The notes: a model not told the origin generated them from the sequence alone. DNA of 64,000 bases from Octopus sinensis (GCF_006345805.1 NC_043000.1:138136001-138200000), one strand, 5' to 3'; shown: positions 25,406 through 39,324, counted from the first letter of the stretch. Numbers and translations are program-made.

Positions 25406-26717
25406 ACTTAATGAGTTATCAGGTTCAATGGGTTTCACTTGTGATTTAAATATGACTGTTCATTAACATGCTTTATTTTCTTTCAATGTTTTGTTGCTTT
25501 AGCATGAGGATTCTAGACGTAGACTTCTCTAAGATTTACTTACTTCTCTGTTTTTAAAATCAAGCTTTTTATTTTACCTTTTTAAAACAATAGAGAGAAT
25601 GTTATATGTTGAGCGAGAGACCAAGTTGAATGAGAGACAAACAAAACTCCTTGTAACACCAAACATGGAGGGAAGGCAAGGATTACGGCAGCATTCACCA
25701 ACTTAACAACTAACAAGCAGACAGTTTAGAAGAGTTACAGGAGATTCTGAAGTCATCTGGAGGCTGTGGTTGAAACCTATGGCAATTTTGTTGAATAAAT
25801 TTACTCTTTAATATTTCAAGATATTTTTATGTAATTTTGGTAAATATATCTGTTGAAATGAGATGTCAGTGTTATTTTCATTTTTGAGTAATTTAGATGA
25901 CTATTCACTGTACCCTGTATATAGGCAAGACAATTACAAAATCCTTCAAGCCAAGTGGGTGATCTATTTGTATACAGATGTCCTAGGGCTAGATCAATCC
26001 TACTATGGCTATGTTATGTATTATCACAACAAGACTCAAAAACTTCTCTGCTTCACAGTGGAATGACCACACACACATACATGTATGCACACATGCAAAC
26101 ATTCAAATATATCATCATTCACTTTTCCATTTTTGTATAGGTCAGCTGAGACTTCATTCAGCCTGAAGTTTTAATGGACAGATGCCCTTCTTTACACCAG
26201 CTCCCACTTGTTTAAAAGCAAGGTAGCACTAGTTCGTCAAGTCTTATGAACAATGGTTTAATATACACACACATACACACACACACATATACATCACACA
26301 TACAAATAGGCACTCATACATACACACACATATTTATATCTATCTATTGATATACATATATATATATATATATATATATTCACACACACACATGCAAATG
26401 CATACACACAGACAAACACACATTTACACACATGCATATACACACATGCATACACACACACCTATAAACAGGCATGCACACAGGCATGCAACACACACAC
26501 AATATACTCATCTGCTGGTATAGAATCCTATGCGGGACCCTCTATGTGGTCTTTTGACTTACTAGAAAAAACAATTTAATCTTCAAATCACCTTCTACTA
26601 TCTTAACAAGGACATGATCCATGCCGATAGGTAAAGATTGGATAGTCACATCAGGACTGGTTTTCATTATAGGTCTTTTCTATCAAAACTAAGAAGCAAC
26701 AACAAGTTAGAGATGCC

Positions 26718-26885
26718 AAATGAAATTATGGCTGTGTGGTTAGGGAGCTTGCTTCCTAGCTACATGGTTTCGTGTTCAGTCCCACTGCATGGCACTTCGG
26801 GTAAGTGTCTTCTGCTATAGCCCCGAGCCCACCGAAGCTTAGTGATTGAATTCGGTAGGCAGAAGTTACTGCCATGTGTGTAGGT
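26718..26885 (+). mobile_element. SINE family B head fragment
   Basis: TGGCTGTGTGG...TTCAGTCCCACTG. Confidence 0.7.
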
Positions 26886-28488
26886 GCTTGTGCCTCTCCA
26901 AGAGAGAGAGAGAGGGATAAACAATTATATTAAGACAATTTATTTAAAATTTGAATAGACTTATCAATGAAAAATACAAAACATACTGAAGAAAATTGAA
27001 GAATAAGTGCATCATTATACACACACACACACACACACATACACACATGCCCACCCCATATATGCTTTGTGTGTGTGTATATATATCAGCTTTGTAAAAC
27101 TTTGGCTGATAAGATCATGCATGGTCATTTTTCAATCATTATAGATGTGAAGACACACTATCCATCTACATCAAGTCATTTCAGATTCCTCTTCTTTCTT
27201 TGTGTCAGCAGGACATTCATATATGTAAGGCAATATCTAGCTAATCTTTTGGCTTTCAATTTGGTCTCTTTCACTATCAATAATACATTATTATTTGCCA
27301 AAAGCCAAACTGCTTTGGAACCATAGAATTCCCAGTTGAAGACATTTTCGGAAATCATCGCTATCAACAGTCATGAAAACTAGTAGTTAATATTGTTTGA
27401 ATATGGTGGGGAAGGGAGTGGGGATAATGGTCTCATAAACTTTTATATACCGATTCCTGTCTCAAAGAAAATAATCCAGCAAAAGCTAATTTTTTGTTTT
27501 CTTTTCTACAGTTGATGTAAAATTCAATGCACATATGAATTTGTGTCACAGAACCTCTAAGTTGGCAATGGTATGGTGCTGTTAATTCTTAAATATTTCT
27601 TTAAAAAAAATACATCTCTATCATTGCTTTTTTTTATTAACTTGGGCTAGCACATCATATTTTAAATAAATCATTACAAGTTTCGTCATTATTATTTAGC
27701 TATATTTACTTATCTACTTTCTTAACAGAACAGATGTGATTATCTTAGTGAATAAGAAGTCAAGCTATTCGATATTACAGCTGTTAGTTTATTTCACCCT
27801 GCAGGCATTTCCTTGCTATGGGTCTAAGAAATTTACAGTAGTTTACTGTTATTTGGTCTAATAAATATAAAGTTTGTTTTCTACAGCTGCAAAATAGGTA
27901 TCAAGCTTCCTCGGTATATTGCTTGTAAGATACAATAAGCTTCTAAACAGAAAAAAAAAATAAAGCATCCTCTATGCCAGTGACAGGTTTGCTAAAAATA
28001 AATGCAGTAGCTCCCACTTCGATCTGAAAAAAGAGCAAAAGCAAAAAAAAAAAAAACAAAAAAAAAAAATTCCATAAGAATACACTGGATAATGTAGTCC
28101 TAGATATATCTATAGATGAAAATATGAGAAAGCTGTCATTGCTGAAACACGCTTAAACATAGTACTACTCAAATAGGGTTAAGAAAACAAATAATATATA
28201 TTTTAACGCTTTAACTGCAAAATTAAATTTCATTATTATCTCGGTAATTAGGTTAAATATCTACTAAAAAATAGAATTGATATTTTCTGCAAGTCACCTT
28301 CACTTAATAAATTTGATATATCTTAAAAAACATAATTATCAAACGTGAGATTCCTCCCAAAAAAGGTAGAATCGTATATGATACTGTATTCTACTGCTTT
28401 CTGCAGTTAAGGGTAATGAAATTTTCATTGGATATATCTGATTTCCACATGAAAAGGGTTGATTATTCATCAGCTTCAAGTTATAAAA

Positions 28489-28751
28489 TGTGGAAGCATG
28501 TGGCTTAGTGGTTAGGGTGTCAGTACCATGATCGTAAGATTGTGGTTTCGATTCCTGGACCGGGTGATGCATCGTGTCCTTGAGCAAAACACTTCATTTC
28601 ACGTTGCTCCAGTCCACTCAGCTGGAAAAAATGAGTAACGCTGTGATGGACTGGTGTCCCGTCCAGCTGGGGAACCCATGCACCATAGAAACCAGGAAAC
28701 CGGGCCCATGAGCCTGGCTAGGCTTTAAAAGGGTGCATTTATATTTTATTA
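28489..28751 (+). mobile_element. SINE family F
   Basis: tRNA head; 13-bp TSD TCAAGTTATAAAA. Confidence 0.9.
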
Positions 28752-29756
28752 TCAAGTTATAAAAATATAACTGTTAGAAATAAACTCTGTGATCTATGAA
28801 AATCTTATGCTTGGAAAACAGTATTTCTTGCTTTTAAATAATTCCATCTTCTAATACACAATGCAACACACAAACATCATTTCAATCATGATAGATAGAA
28901 CACAGCAAATTAAGGACGCAAATTATGTAATCCAATATTAGCAATGTTTCTAGCTCTTAAGCATTGAATGTTTTTTACTGATATACCTTATCAAACTAAT
29001 CTAAATCATGAAGTAAATACTCAAGAAAAAATTACTCTGAGTAAAATCACACATCAATAATAGACAATGTTGGAATCAGTTCACTATAAACTTCAACACT
29101 TTTGTCAAGTAACAGACATTAAGTAACTGCAGTGCTGTTTCATTGTTCTTGAAATTATTTCTGCACTGTTGAAAATAGCTAAGTGTTAAACAGCTAAAAT
29201 TATGATATTGTCACATTCTCAATATTGCTTGTTCCTAAGGAAGAGTCTTATCCAAACTACATACACTATAAATACACCTACACATATCTGTACATATATA
29301 CATATATGTCTATATGTACATATATGTCTATGCATATGAGTACGCAGCTATGTATAGAAGAAGTGGTTTAAAATCCATAGAGAAGAGATAACTTACCTAA
29401 GAAGAAGGACACTCAAAATAAATCCATGACAGAATGAAGAAGAAACTTCTAACAGCCTTGCAGAAGAAATAAGGATCCTTCTTCTAGGGTGAAGACAATT
29501 CAAATGGACAATAGGTACTTCAGAATAAAATTGATATAATTCTGAGAGGTCTTCTTGTACCATGAAATGCATGACGCAAACTTATAACTGAAATTAGATT
29601 TCAAGCATTTAAATATTGTCAGTATACAAAAATATTTACTTTAATACAAGGAACAGTAAATGCTTTATTTTCCTCACGTGTTTATGTTAAGTAAGAATAA
29701 AAACAAGCCCATTAGATACATACAGAGGCATGTGAACATACATAGGCATATAAGTA

Positions 29757-29976
29757 CAAGGAGGTGCTGAAAAGTTTCTGGCTTTAAGGGTTTCGTGAAA
29801 GGCCTGGCTGGAGGACCAACCCTCTGAGTTCTTTTACAGGGCTTGGAAAAACTGAGAGGGCTGCTACAATAAGTGTATGAATCGGAGAGAGGAATATGTT
29901 GGATAAAATCATAATTAACTGATTCTTTTGTATTTTCTTCTATCCAAAGCCAGGAACTTTTCAGCACCACACCTCG
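29757..29976 (+). mobile_element. Mariner-derived MITE (220 bp)
   Basis: TA on both sides; ~30-bp TIRs (GGTGCTGAAAAGTT(T/C)CTGGCTTT); internal NKCMNRREEYVG* resembles a mariner C-terminus. Confidence 0.8.
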
Positions 29977-30360
29977 TATGTATACTCGTCAATTAATATA
30001 TTTATAAATACATATATGTATGCATACATAAATGTTCATGCAAGCATTCATAAACAAGCATACGCAATGATTGATTCACATTCATGGATACACATATGAA
30101 CATACGTATGCTTGCATATACATAAAAGCACACACATATGCTCAGTTTTCTCTATAGCACAACAATAAAACATTTAATTATTTTCTGTCAATTAATAATC
30201 TATAGTATGTCACTGGCAATCTCATTTCCACCTAGATTTGACTTAAGGTTTTGAGAATAATGTGAATATATAGAGAGTAGTGTGGGTGAGCAATGATTTT
30301 ATTAGACATAGTTTATAGTGTCCTGGTCATGGATATTTGTTCACCTTTTCTCACAGCAGA

Positions 30361-30850
30361 ATCATCATCATCATCATCACCATTTAACGTCCGCTTTCCA
30401 TGCTAGCATGGGTTGGACAATTTAACTGAGAACTGGCAAACCAGATGGCTGCACTAGGCTCCAATCTGATCTGGTAGAGTTTCTACAGCTTGATGCCCTT
30501 CCTAACGCCAACCACTCTGGGAGGGTAGTAGGTGCTTTTACGTGTCACCGGCACGAGGGCCAGTCTGATGGTACTGGCAAAGGACATGCTCAAATGGTGT
30601 TTTTTATGTGCCACCTGCACATGAGTCAGCCTAGTGGCACTGGCAACAACCTTGCTTGAATGTTTTCTTCATGTTCCACTGGCACAAGTGCCAGTAAGGC
30701 GACGCTGGTAACAATCATGCTCAAATGGTGCTTTTTACGTGCCACTAGCATGGAAGCTAGACAGCTGCTCTGGCAATGATCCCACTTGGATGGAGCTGTT
30801 AGCGCTCCACTGGCACGGATGCCAGTCATCGAATTTGGTTCAATTTTGAT
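30361..30850 (-). mobile_element. Retroposon family C
   Basis: C core, subrepeats, (ATC)n tail. Confidence 0.85.
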
Positions 30851-31767
30851 TAATTGTCATAATTGTTACACACTGGATTTTCTATACAGGAATTGGTTGA
30901 ATGAGTGGTCAAGTAAGTCAGTTCTTATTTAATGGATATTTATTTGATAGAGCAAAAGCTGGTTATAAGTTCAAACCATTCTAACCACTTAAATGCCTCC
31001 ATAAAGCCAGGAAACCTCATTTTGACTGCTCCCTAAGTCTGCTAAGAGGAGCAGCTGAATTTCTTCAAATCATATTAACATTTTTAAAAGGGAAAGACAC
31101 AGTGGACACATATGTAGTTTTAGGTAAAGAAAAAGACAGGATGTTGTGGCTGAAATGCTTTGACCATAGATCTGCTAAGTTGAAGTTAAACAACAACAAC
31201 AACAACAACACATCAAGAAACTAACAATGCCAACATCCAGTGAATTCACTCACATCTACTGTTAACCTCCAAGACATCTATTTAAATCACTTTAAAATTC
31301 TTTAATAATACCTATTCACTGTACTATTTCTACTCTATCCTTTATGAAACCCCATAGATATGAACGCCAATGTCATTTCCTGATGTCATTGCTTTTCCAC
31401 AAAATAATATCTTTTACTTAATGATAGTCACAGATGTAGCTGAGAACTCAACCCGATCTTTACTTTTTTTTTCACGTTAGCATAGTAAAACCTATATAGT
31501 TAAACAGAACAATGATATCTTGAAAAATATGAATGTTTAACATTAATACATTAATGTGTGACCCAGCAAATGAACTTCTAAGTGATTGCTGAACCCCCAA
31601 GAAATAGAAACCAAATCTCCATTCAATACCACCCAAACAACTTTTAAAAAGAAAATTATATTAGATACAGTAGTTCTATAAACATAATGCCTGAATGAAA
31701 ACATGGTTAGAATACCATTACTTATAGGACTGCTCAATCAAGTCTGACGTAAGTGTAACCAACAACT

Positions 31768-32032
31768 AGCACCTACTACCCTCCCAGAGTGGTTGGCATT
31801 AGGAAGGGCATCAAGCTGTAGAAACTCTACCAGATCAGATTGGAGCCTAGTGCAGCTATCTGGTTTGCCAGTCCTCAGTCAAATTGTCCAACCCATGCTA
31901 GTATGGAAAGCAGACGTTAAACGATGATGATGATAATGATGATTCTGCCATGAGGAAAGGTGAACAAATATCCATGACCAGGACACTATAAACTACGTCT
32001 AATAAAATCATTGCTCACCCACACTACTCTCT
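31768..32032 (+). repeat. Inverted duplicate of 30272-30536 (C 3' end plus ~90 bp flank)
   Basis: About 13 mismatches in 265 bp by manual comparison; shares private variants. Confidence 0.9.
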
Positions 32033-32040
32033 CTATATAT

Positions 32041-32274
32041 ATATTTCTTTACTACCCACAACGGGCTAAACATAGAGGGGACAAACAAGGACAGACAAAG
32101 GGATTAAGTCGATTACATCGACCCCAGTGCGTAACTGGTGCTTAATTTATCGACCCCGAAAGGATGAAAGGCAAAGTCGACCTCGGCGGAATTTGAACTT
32201 GGAATGTAACGACAGGCGAAATACTGCTACGAATTTCGCCCAGCGTGCTAACTTTTCTACCAGCTCGCCGCCTT
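32041..32274 (-). mobile_element. SINE family A
   Basis: Full-length match. Confidence 0.9.
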
Positions 32275-32604
32275 TATATATAAACTCTCTCTATATATAT
32301 ATACTCTCTCACTCTCTCTCTCTATATATATATACTCTCTATATATATAAACTAGTTAATACTTCCCAGTCATCAATTTAAAGAATACAATTATATATTT
32401 TTCAAGATGTAAAACTAAATCTTTGCATTTTTTAGTAATATCTACTTCCATGATGTTAAGACTACATTAGAAGACATGTTTATCATACATTTTTTTTTAA
32501 GGACTAGCTAATATAAATATTATAGCAATAATTCAAAAAGTACAATTATATATTTTTCAAGATGTGAAACTCAATCTTTGCTATTTGGTATAATATTAAC
32601 TTCA

Positions 32605-32837
32605 ACGGCAGCGAGCTGGCAGAAGCGTTAGTGCACCGGACGAAATGCTTAGTGGTATTTCGTCTGCCATTACGTTCTGAGTTCAAATTCCGCCGAGGTC
32701 GACTTTGCTCTTCATCCTTATGGGCCCAATAAATTAATTACCAGTTACGCACTGTGGTCGATATAATCGACTTAATCCGGCTGTCTATCCTTGTTTGTCT
32801 CCTCTGTGTTTAGCCCCTTGTGGGTAGTAAAGAAATA
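32605..32837 (+). mobile_element. SINE family A
   Basis: Full-length; flanking repeat GGTATAATATTAACTTCA (32587-32604 / 32838-32855). Confidence 0.92.
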
Positions 32838-33534
32838 GGTATAATATTAACTTCAGTAATTAAAAACGATAGTAAATTTGGTTCATGATGTGCTTATAAC
32901 TGTGTGTTTTCAAAGAGAAAAATGTTTCTGAGAATATGGTGAATATTAACTAAGAGTGAGAGAGAGAAAGAAACAAAGAGAGAGGGGGATGAGAGGGTAG
33001 ATGAGAGAGAGAAACACACAGAGAGAATAAAATGTATGTCATCTTTCAGAGTGTACATTTTAACTTAGCTGCAGATCACATCGTTTGTGTTTCAGCTCTT
33101 CCTAGTTGACATGTCTAGCTGTCAAATTTAACCACTAACAGCCAAATGGTGATTAATGTGAACGTTTGGCTGCTGTCTATTCCAAATTTTCTTGTCTGCT
33201 TTTCTCTGCTAGTGTTTTCCACTTAGAAGAACAATTATATTAAGATACCCTGATTTGCAATCAAAAATTTTCTGATTTGAAATTAGTCTATATTCTTAAT
33301 GAGAATTAAACCTGCTGCATCATTCCCTTCAAAAGATGTTGGCTTCTTAACAACGAGTGAATCTGAACAAAAATAGAGAATAAACAATAAATGCTAGGAG
33401 AAACTATAAAATGGTTTTATTGTACTCATGATAAAAAAAAAAGAAAGAAAACGTGCATTGAAAGGTGTATGTGTGGAATAAGACCAGAAATATTTATAGG
33501 AACCTGGAGAGAATATGAACTGCTTAAAAAAAAA

Positions 33535-33808
33535 AGACTCCGCCGGTTACGACGACGAGGGTCCCAGCTGATACGATCAACGGAACAGCTTGCTCGTGAA
33601 ATTAACGTGCAAATGGCTGAGCATTCCACAGACACATGTACCCTTAACGTAGTTCTCGGGGATAATCAGCGTGACACAGAGAGTGACAAGGCTGACCCTT
33701 TGAAATACAAGTACAACTCATTTTTGCCAGCTGAGTGGACTGGAGCAACGTGAAATAAAGTGTCTTGCTCAAGGACACAACGCGTCGCCGGGAATCGAAC
33801 ATGAACTG
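33535..33808 (-). mobile_element. SINE family E, 5'-truncated
   Basis: B-box GTTCGATTCC, then the TTTCACGTTGCTCCAGTCCACTCAGCTGGCAAAAATGAG core shared with F, and a different tail. Confidence 0.75.
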
Positions 33809-33815
33809 CTATATA

Positions 33816-34150
33816 TTGAGTTGTCCGGAAAGTTTGTGCCGATTTTTAAAGGAAAGAAAATGGTCAATAAATACTTGCCATTACATTTTTAATCAACTAA
33901 ATATGAACTATTTTGTTGCACAATGCATCTTCATCTTTCCTTTAACTTGAACATGCCCTCTTCCCAGAATTGAGGTGGTTTCATGGCAAAGAATTTCATC
34001 AAATTATCTTTTTACATCATCCAAGGAATTGAAATTTTTACCATTAACACTATTCTGCAGAGACCTAAATAAGTGGAAATCCAAAGGTGAATATGGAGGA
34101 CGGGGTAACACTTCCCAGCTGAGCTGCAGCAAGTTTTGTCTGGCTCCCAT
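33816..34150 (-). mobile_element. Mariner (D34D) transposon 3' end
   Basis: TA|TTGAGTTGTCCGGAAAG TIR; minus translation WEVLPRPPYSP...FHLFRSLQNSVNGKNFNSLDDVKR...QQNSSYLVD*. Confidence 0.88.
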
Positions 34151-34899
34151 AGCATCAAGTGCCGAAAATGAACTTTCTTATCTTCTATTTTAAAGGGCTA
34201 CAGAATTAACACATGTTATAGGAACATAAGAGACATACAGGAACGGTACCAAGTGTCAGGTTCAAGGGCAGCAGTAGCAACAGGGCTGGGGCTGATGGGA
34301 GGTTCATAGTACTACTAAGAACAATGACATAAATGCACACATGCACAAAAATACAGATGCAAATGAATTGCACATATAAGGATACACATCATAGAAGAAC
34401 AGAATGGATTAAGCAGTCTTCGAAGACTGTTTGATTTCACTATGTTTCTTCTTTTGCCTATGTGAGTTACAAATATTGTTATCTGTGGAGTAATATCTGC
34501 AGTAAAAAGGAATAAGCTGTCTTTGGCTGCTATTTCTAAATTTTCAGTATGTGGTGAAGCAACTTGTTGCTTAAACCTTAATTATATTTATATATTAAAA
34601 AAAAATTTTTTTTTTAAGTTCCTACCAATAACAGTTCTCTTTCCATACTGAAGCTACTTGGTAAAATTTATTAATTATTATAATTAATAATTCTTTACCC
34701 TTATATTTGTAATATATATATAATATATATAAATTAGAGAAAACTTTATCAAATGCTTCAGTGCAAATTTATATATATTATATATATATATTGTGAAATT
34801 TGATTTAATACTAAATTGAATTTTTCCTTGTAAGTTTGGAGTTTTACTCCCTAATAAATATTATTATTATTATATATGTTTATATATATGTATATACAT

Positions 34900-35070
34900 A
34901 TAAACATATATATAAATGTGTGTGTGTGTGGTGTGTGTGTGTGTGTGTGTGCATGTGTGTGTATGTGTGTATACATATAAACATATATATATGGCAAGCT
35001 TCTTTCAGTTTCCAACCACCAAATCCACTCACAAGGATTTGGTTGGCCCAGGGTTATACTAGAAGACACA
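34900..35070 (-). mobile_element. SINE family B internal fragment
   Basis: Microsatellite plus CTTTCAGTTTCC...AAATCCACTCACAAGG; head missing. Confidence 0.75.
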
Positions 35071-35567
35071 GAATATATATTTCTGAAGGTTCATAGATGA
35101 ACAATTTCTGAGAGATTAACAAACAGAAATATTAACTACATTATCAGACAAAACTTTATTGTAGAAATTACAGAATATACAAAAGAAGAACTAGATAGTG
35201 ATAAGAACAGGAAAAGATGGAAGAGTGAGTGAGGATATCCCTTGGAGTGCACTGAAGCATTCAATAAAATTCTACAATAAAATTCTCAATTAGTCAGTAG
35301 CTGCTAAGTGTGGCTGAAGTAAAGACAGCTAACGAAACGAAAGGATTGAATAACGAGGTGAGCAGCAAAACATTCAACAATGGAGAAAACTAGAGAAATG
35401 ATAAAGAAAGATAAGGACTTGGCAACAAGTTAACAGTATGCAAATAACCATTCATGATGAAAAGAAAACCCTCAGTAAAAGATAGATTATCACATAAAGA
35501 GGGTAAAACAGAGGTGACTAAGCTGGAGAAAATATAACAGGCAGCAGGAAAGAGAAAACAGTAGAAG

Positions 35568-35990
35568 TCATCATCATCATCGTTTAATGTCCGCTTTCCA
35601 TGCTAGCATGGGTTGGACGGTTCAACTGGGGTCTGGGAAGCCCGAAGGCTGCACCAGGCTCCAGTCTGATCTGGTGGTGTTTCTACAGCTGGATGCCCTT
35701 CCTAACGCCAACCACTCCGTGAGTGTAGTGGGTGCTTTTTATGTGCCACCGACACAGGTGCCAGACGAGGCTGGCGAACGGCCATGCTCGGATGGTGTTT
35801 TTTTTTTAGGTGCCACCGGCACAGAGGCCAGGCCAGGCTGGCACGGCCACGATCGGATGGTGTTTGTTACGTGCCACCAGCACGGAGGCCAGTCGATGTG
35901 GTGCTGGCTACGGCCACGTTTGGATGGTTCTCTTATGTGCCACTGGCACTGGTACCACAACTACAAACTCCATTGATGTTGATCGATTTT
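35568..35990 (-). mobile_element. Retroposon family C
   Basis: C core, subrepeats, (ATC)n tail. Confidence 0.85.
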
Positions 35991-37189
35991 GATTTTGATT
36001 TGATTCTTTTGGATTCTTTGATTTTTGATTTAGAAGTAAAACACCAATATATAAACGAGGATTAGTTTGCTTTTCTCGTTTGAGTGGATAGTGGTAGGTG
36101 GTGGCAGATCCAAAACAGGGATGCCAGTGTGCACTTATCTTTGCTTGAAACAGACATTAAATCTCTCTCTCAAGCCTCATCCAGCTGTTTTGATAGCAAT
36201 GAAGGGAGGATACATCATAAAATGTTGTCCAATATACAATGAGAGTTAAACAACAAGATTTACGAAACCATCAAATCCAATCATTTATTTGAGTTTAATG
36301 GAAAGAATAACAAATGTTAAATAGCTCTGCCTATGACAAACATAAACACTGTAAATACAATGGGCGCACAATGCAAATGTATCAATTCATCTTCATTGTT
36401 ATTATTGTCGTCGACGTCATCGTCATCACATTACCATCACCATCATTTCAAAATATAAAATGGAAATTAAAACCAAAGCAAGTTAAATATCAACAAATAA
36501 ATATTTTTAACAACAATATATTTCTTGCAAAAATTGCTGATCTCTTCAATAATAAGTTTATATTCATTTTGTAAATAATTGATATCTTTGCTGAAGCAAA
36601 AAATAAAATTTGGAATCAAAACGACCTTTACATTATAAATTTAGAAGTAATTGCTGTTATTCCAAAGGGAATGAACATTTAAGTAAAGAAGATCATATTT
36701 TAAACATAAATATTGCCATCCCTCGCCAAGAGATGTTATATTAGCAATTATTAGTCTTTGTCACTTTTGATAATATTTCCTCATTAAAATTACAGATTTC
36801 TGGATCAAGTTATAAGTTGTTAATATCCATTAACAGCTTATACGTCATATGAAATTATGCCCACTCAAGTGAATACAACTGAATCTTTATTTGTAGGTTG
36901 CATATAACAGTTTTCATCATAAAATCCATTTGGTTAATGGAATACAGTTTTCAAATTGTTTCTGAAGGTTCATAGATGAACAATTTCTGAGAGATTAACA
37001 AACAGAAATATTAACTATGTTATCAGACAAAACTTTATTGTAGAAATTACAATATCTTCTTCCATAAACAGAACATATGATGATCGTTTGTTTCATACAC
37101 CCTAACCTCCCAAGAAGACAAAACTCTTAATTTTCAGATGAGTGGTAAAATTGTAGCCATGTATGAAAATATCTCTTCCGATAATTTGA

Positions 37190-37886
37190 ATAATCCCAGT
37201 CATCCCAGCAAAGCTGTGTGGTTAAGAAATTCCCTTTGCAACTATATGGCTTTAAATTCAGTCCTACAACACAATACCTTGGGGTGTTTTCTATTATATC
37301 TCTATACTGATCAATGCCTTGTGAATAAATTTGGTGTATGTTGAAGCTTGTAATATCTAAATGTGTTTGCCCCATTGTCACTACTACTACTTGATAACCA
37401 GTGTTGGTTTGTTTATGTCCCTGTAATTCAGTGATTCGGTGAAATCCTTGGGTCAATGTATTCAACTGAAACTTTTCAATGACTGCAGTTCAATGACTGA
37501 AACAAGTAAAGTATCCGGGTTCAGTCCCACTGCGTGGCACCTTGGGCTAGTGTCTTCTACTATAGCCTTGGGCCGACCAATGCCTTGTGAGTGGATTTGG
37601 TAGACGGAAACTGAAAGAAGACTGTTGTATATATGTACATGCATATGTGTGTGTATATGTGTGTTTGTGTGTGTGTGTGTGTTTGTGTGTCTGTGCTTGT
37701 CCCCCTAGCATCGCTTGACAACCGATGCTGGTGTGTTTACATCCCTGTAACTTAGTGGTTTGGCAAAAGAGATCGATACAGTAAGTACTAGGCTTACAAA
37801 GAATAAGTCCTGGGGTCGATTTCCTCAACTAAAGACGGTACTCCAGCATGGCCACAGTCAAATGACTGAAGCAAATAAAAGAGTAA
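37190..37886 (+). mobile_element. Old B copy (37190-37510) followed by a younger 5'-truncated B copy (37512-37886)
   Basis: Two B matches of clearly different divergence. Confidence 0.8.
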
Positions 37887-39324
37887 ATGAAAACATTCCA
37901 TTGTAATTTTCATTTCAATGTCTTAGAGGAGTCAAGAGTAGCACCAATGACACTTTCCAAATCTTTCATGGTTGGTGAGAGAAAGGAAAAACAGATGCTT
38001 GTTAGAGAGAGAGGACTTCATGATTTAAGACCAAGCTCTTCTGAAGTCAGCATCACCTTGTTGCCAGAATGATGGATTGCCAGCATTGTTAGATTTTCAG
38101 ATGACTAACTTGCAGCGTTTCTTCCAATTTTTTTGTATTCTGAGTTCTTGGGTAATTTTTTAAGTTGTTACCAAGTCTAACAGCACTACATGCACTTTGA
38201 GTGTCTTCAATGGAATTCACTCTGTTGCAAGAATTAAGGTCAAGCTTCTGCCTTAAAGATAAGGAGGGGCCCCACCACATCAAAACGGTAGAGGAGTAGG
38301 GGCTGAAACCGGACGTGGTTCCTCCTGATGATGTCTTGATGCTAACTGGATCCTAAAAAGGAGCTGTTGTGGTAGCAGACCACAAAACACGGTTGTAATT
38401 CCTCCTGAAGCCCAGTCTTGAAAGCCCTGGAAAATAAAAAAGGGCCACAGGCTCTGCCTTTCCTTTCTTATTATATGTTATAAAAAGACAAGATACCTCG
38501 ATGTGAAGAAATGGTGTTAAACTAAATGATAAATTAAACCTTACCCTCATTTCAAAAAATACTGAACCTCAGGCCAGACTAGAAAGTATATTTTAGAGAC
38601 TTGAAGACCACTTATCTATATTAATGCTACTGACAAAGACATGCAACATGAACCTGAGAACTTTCTAAAGCTAATAGGAACCGAAATTCTTAGTGTAGCA
38701 TGATGAGATGCATCTTTGATATGTTGTACTAAAAGACAAAAGCAATAGAGGAATTATATTCTATATGTGGAGCACTTTTATGAAGAAAAGAAATACAGCC
38801 TCACTGGAGACAGTAGGAATATAAAAAAGCATCCAGGAAAAGATAACATATAGTGGTACTTACCAAAAGCATTGAGATCGATATCTTCATAAGATCACTT
38901 TTACAGTGTTATAAATTTGAAGAATAGAAATTTTAATGTTAAAACATCATTGATAAATTGCATACTGTAGCAACATCAAGGAAAGCCAATAATCTTGAGA
39001 AGAAATAGAAGTAACTATCAGAATGTGTGAATCCAAAAGTACAACATAAACAGAATATGTTGCAAATAAAAATGTTTCCTACAAATTTGTCACCTCCCTA
39101 AGTTCTGATTCTATATGTTTCTGTGAGATATACAAATAAATAAGTACACAATGCAATGATTGATATCAAGTGAGTTATCTTTTGACAATATATGATTATT
39201 ATTGATCAATTGTGTTAACTAGATAGCATACTAGAAAGTAGCTGCTCATCTCGGAAATCAGTGCCATAGTTATTAAAGCTTGGCAGAAAGAAACAAAAAT
39301 CACAAAGTTTAATTTGTTTACTCT

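Noticed and set aside
32385-32604. Two diverged ~70-bp direct repeats 150 bp apart
   Set aside because: Old AT-rich local tandem duplication with no further structure
35295-35345. CTGAAG...GAAACG hammerhead-like spacing
   Set aside because: Core lacks A9, no stem I or II pairing, no GUH triplet
38295-38335. GAAAC...CTGATGA type II hammerhead-like order
   Set aside because: No room for stem I and no stem II complement
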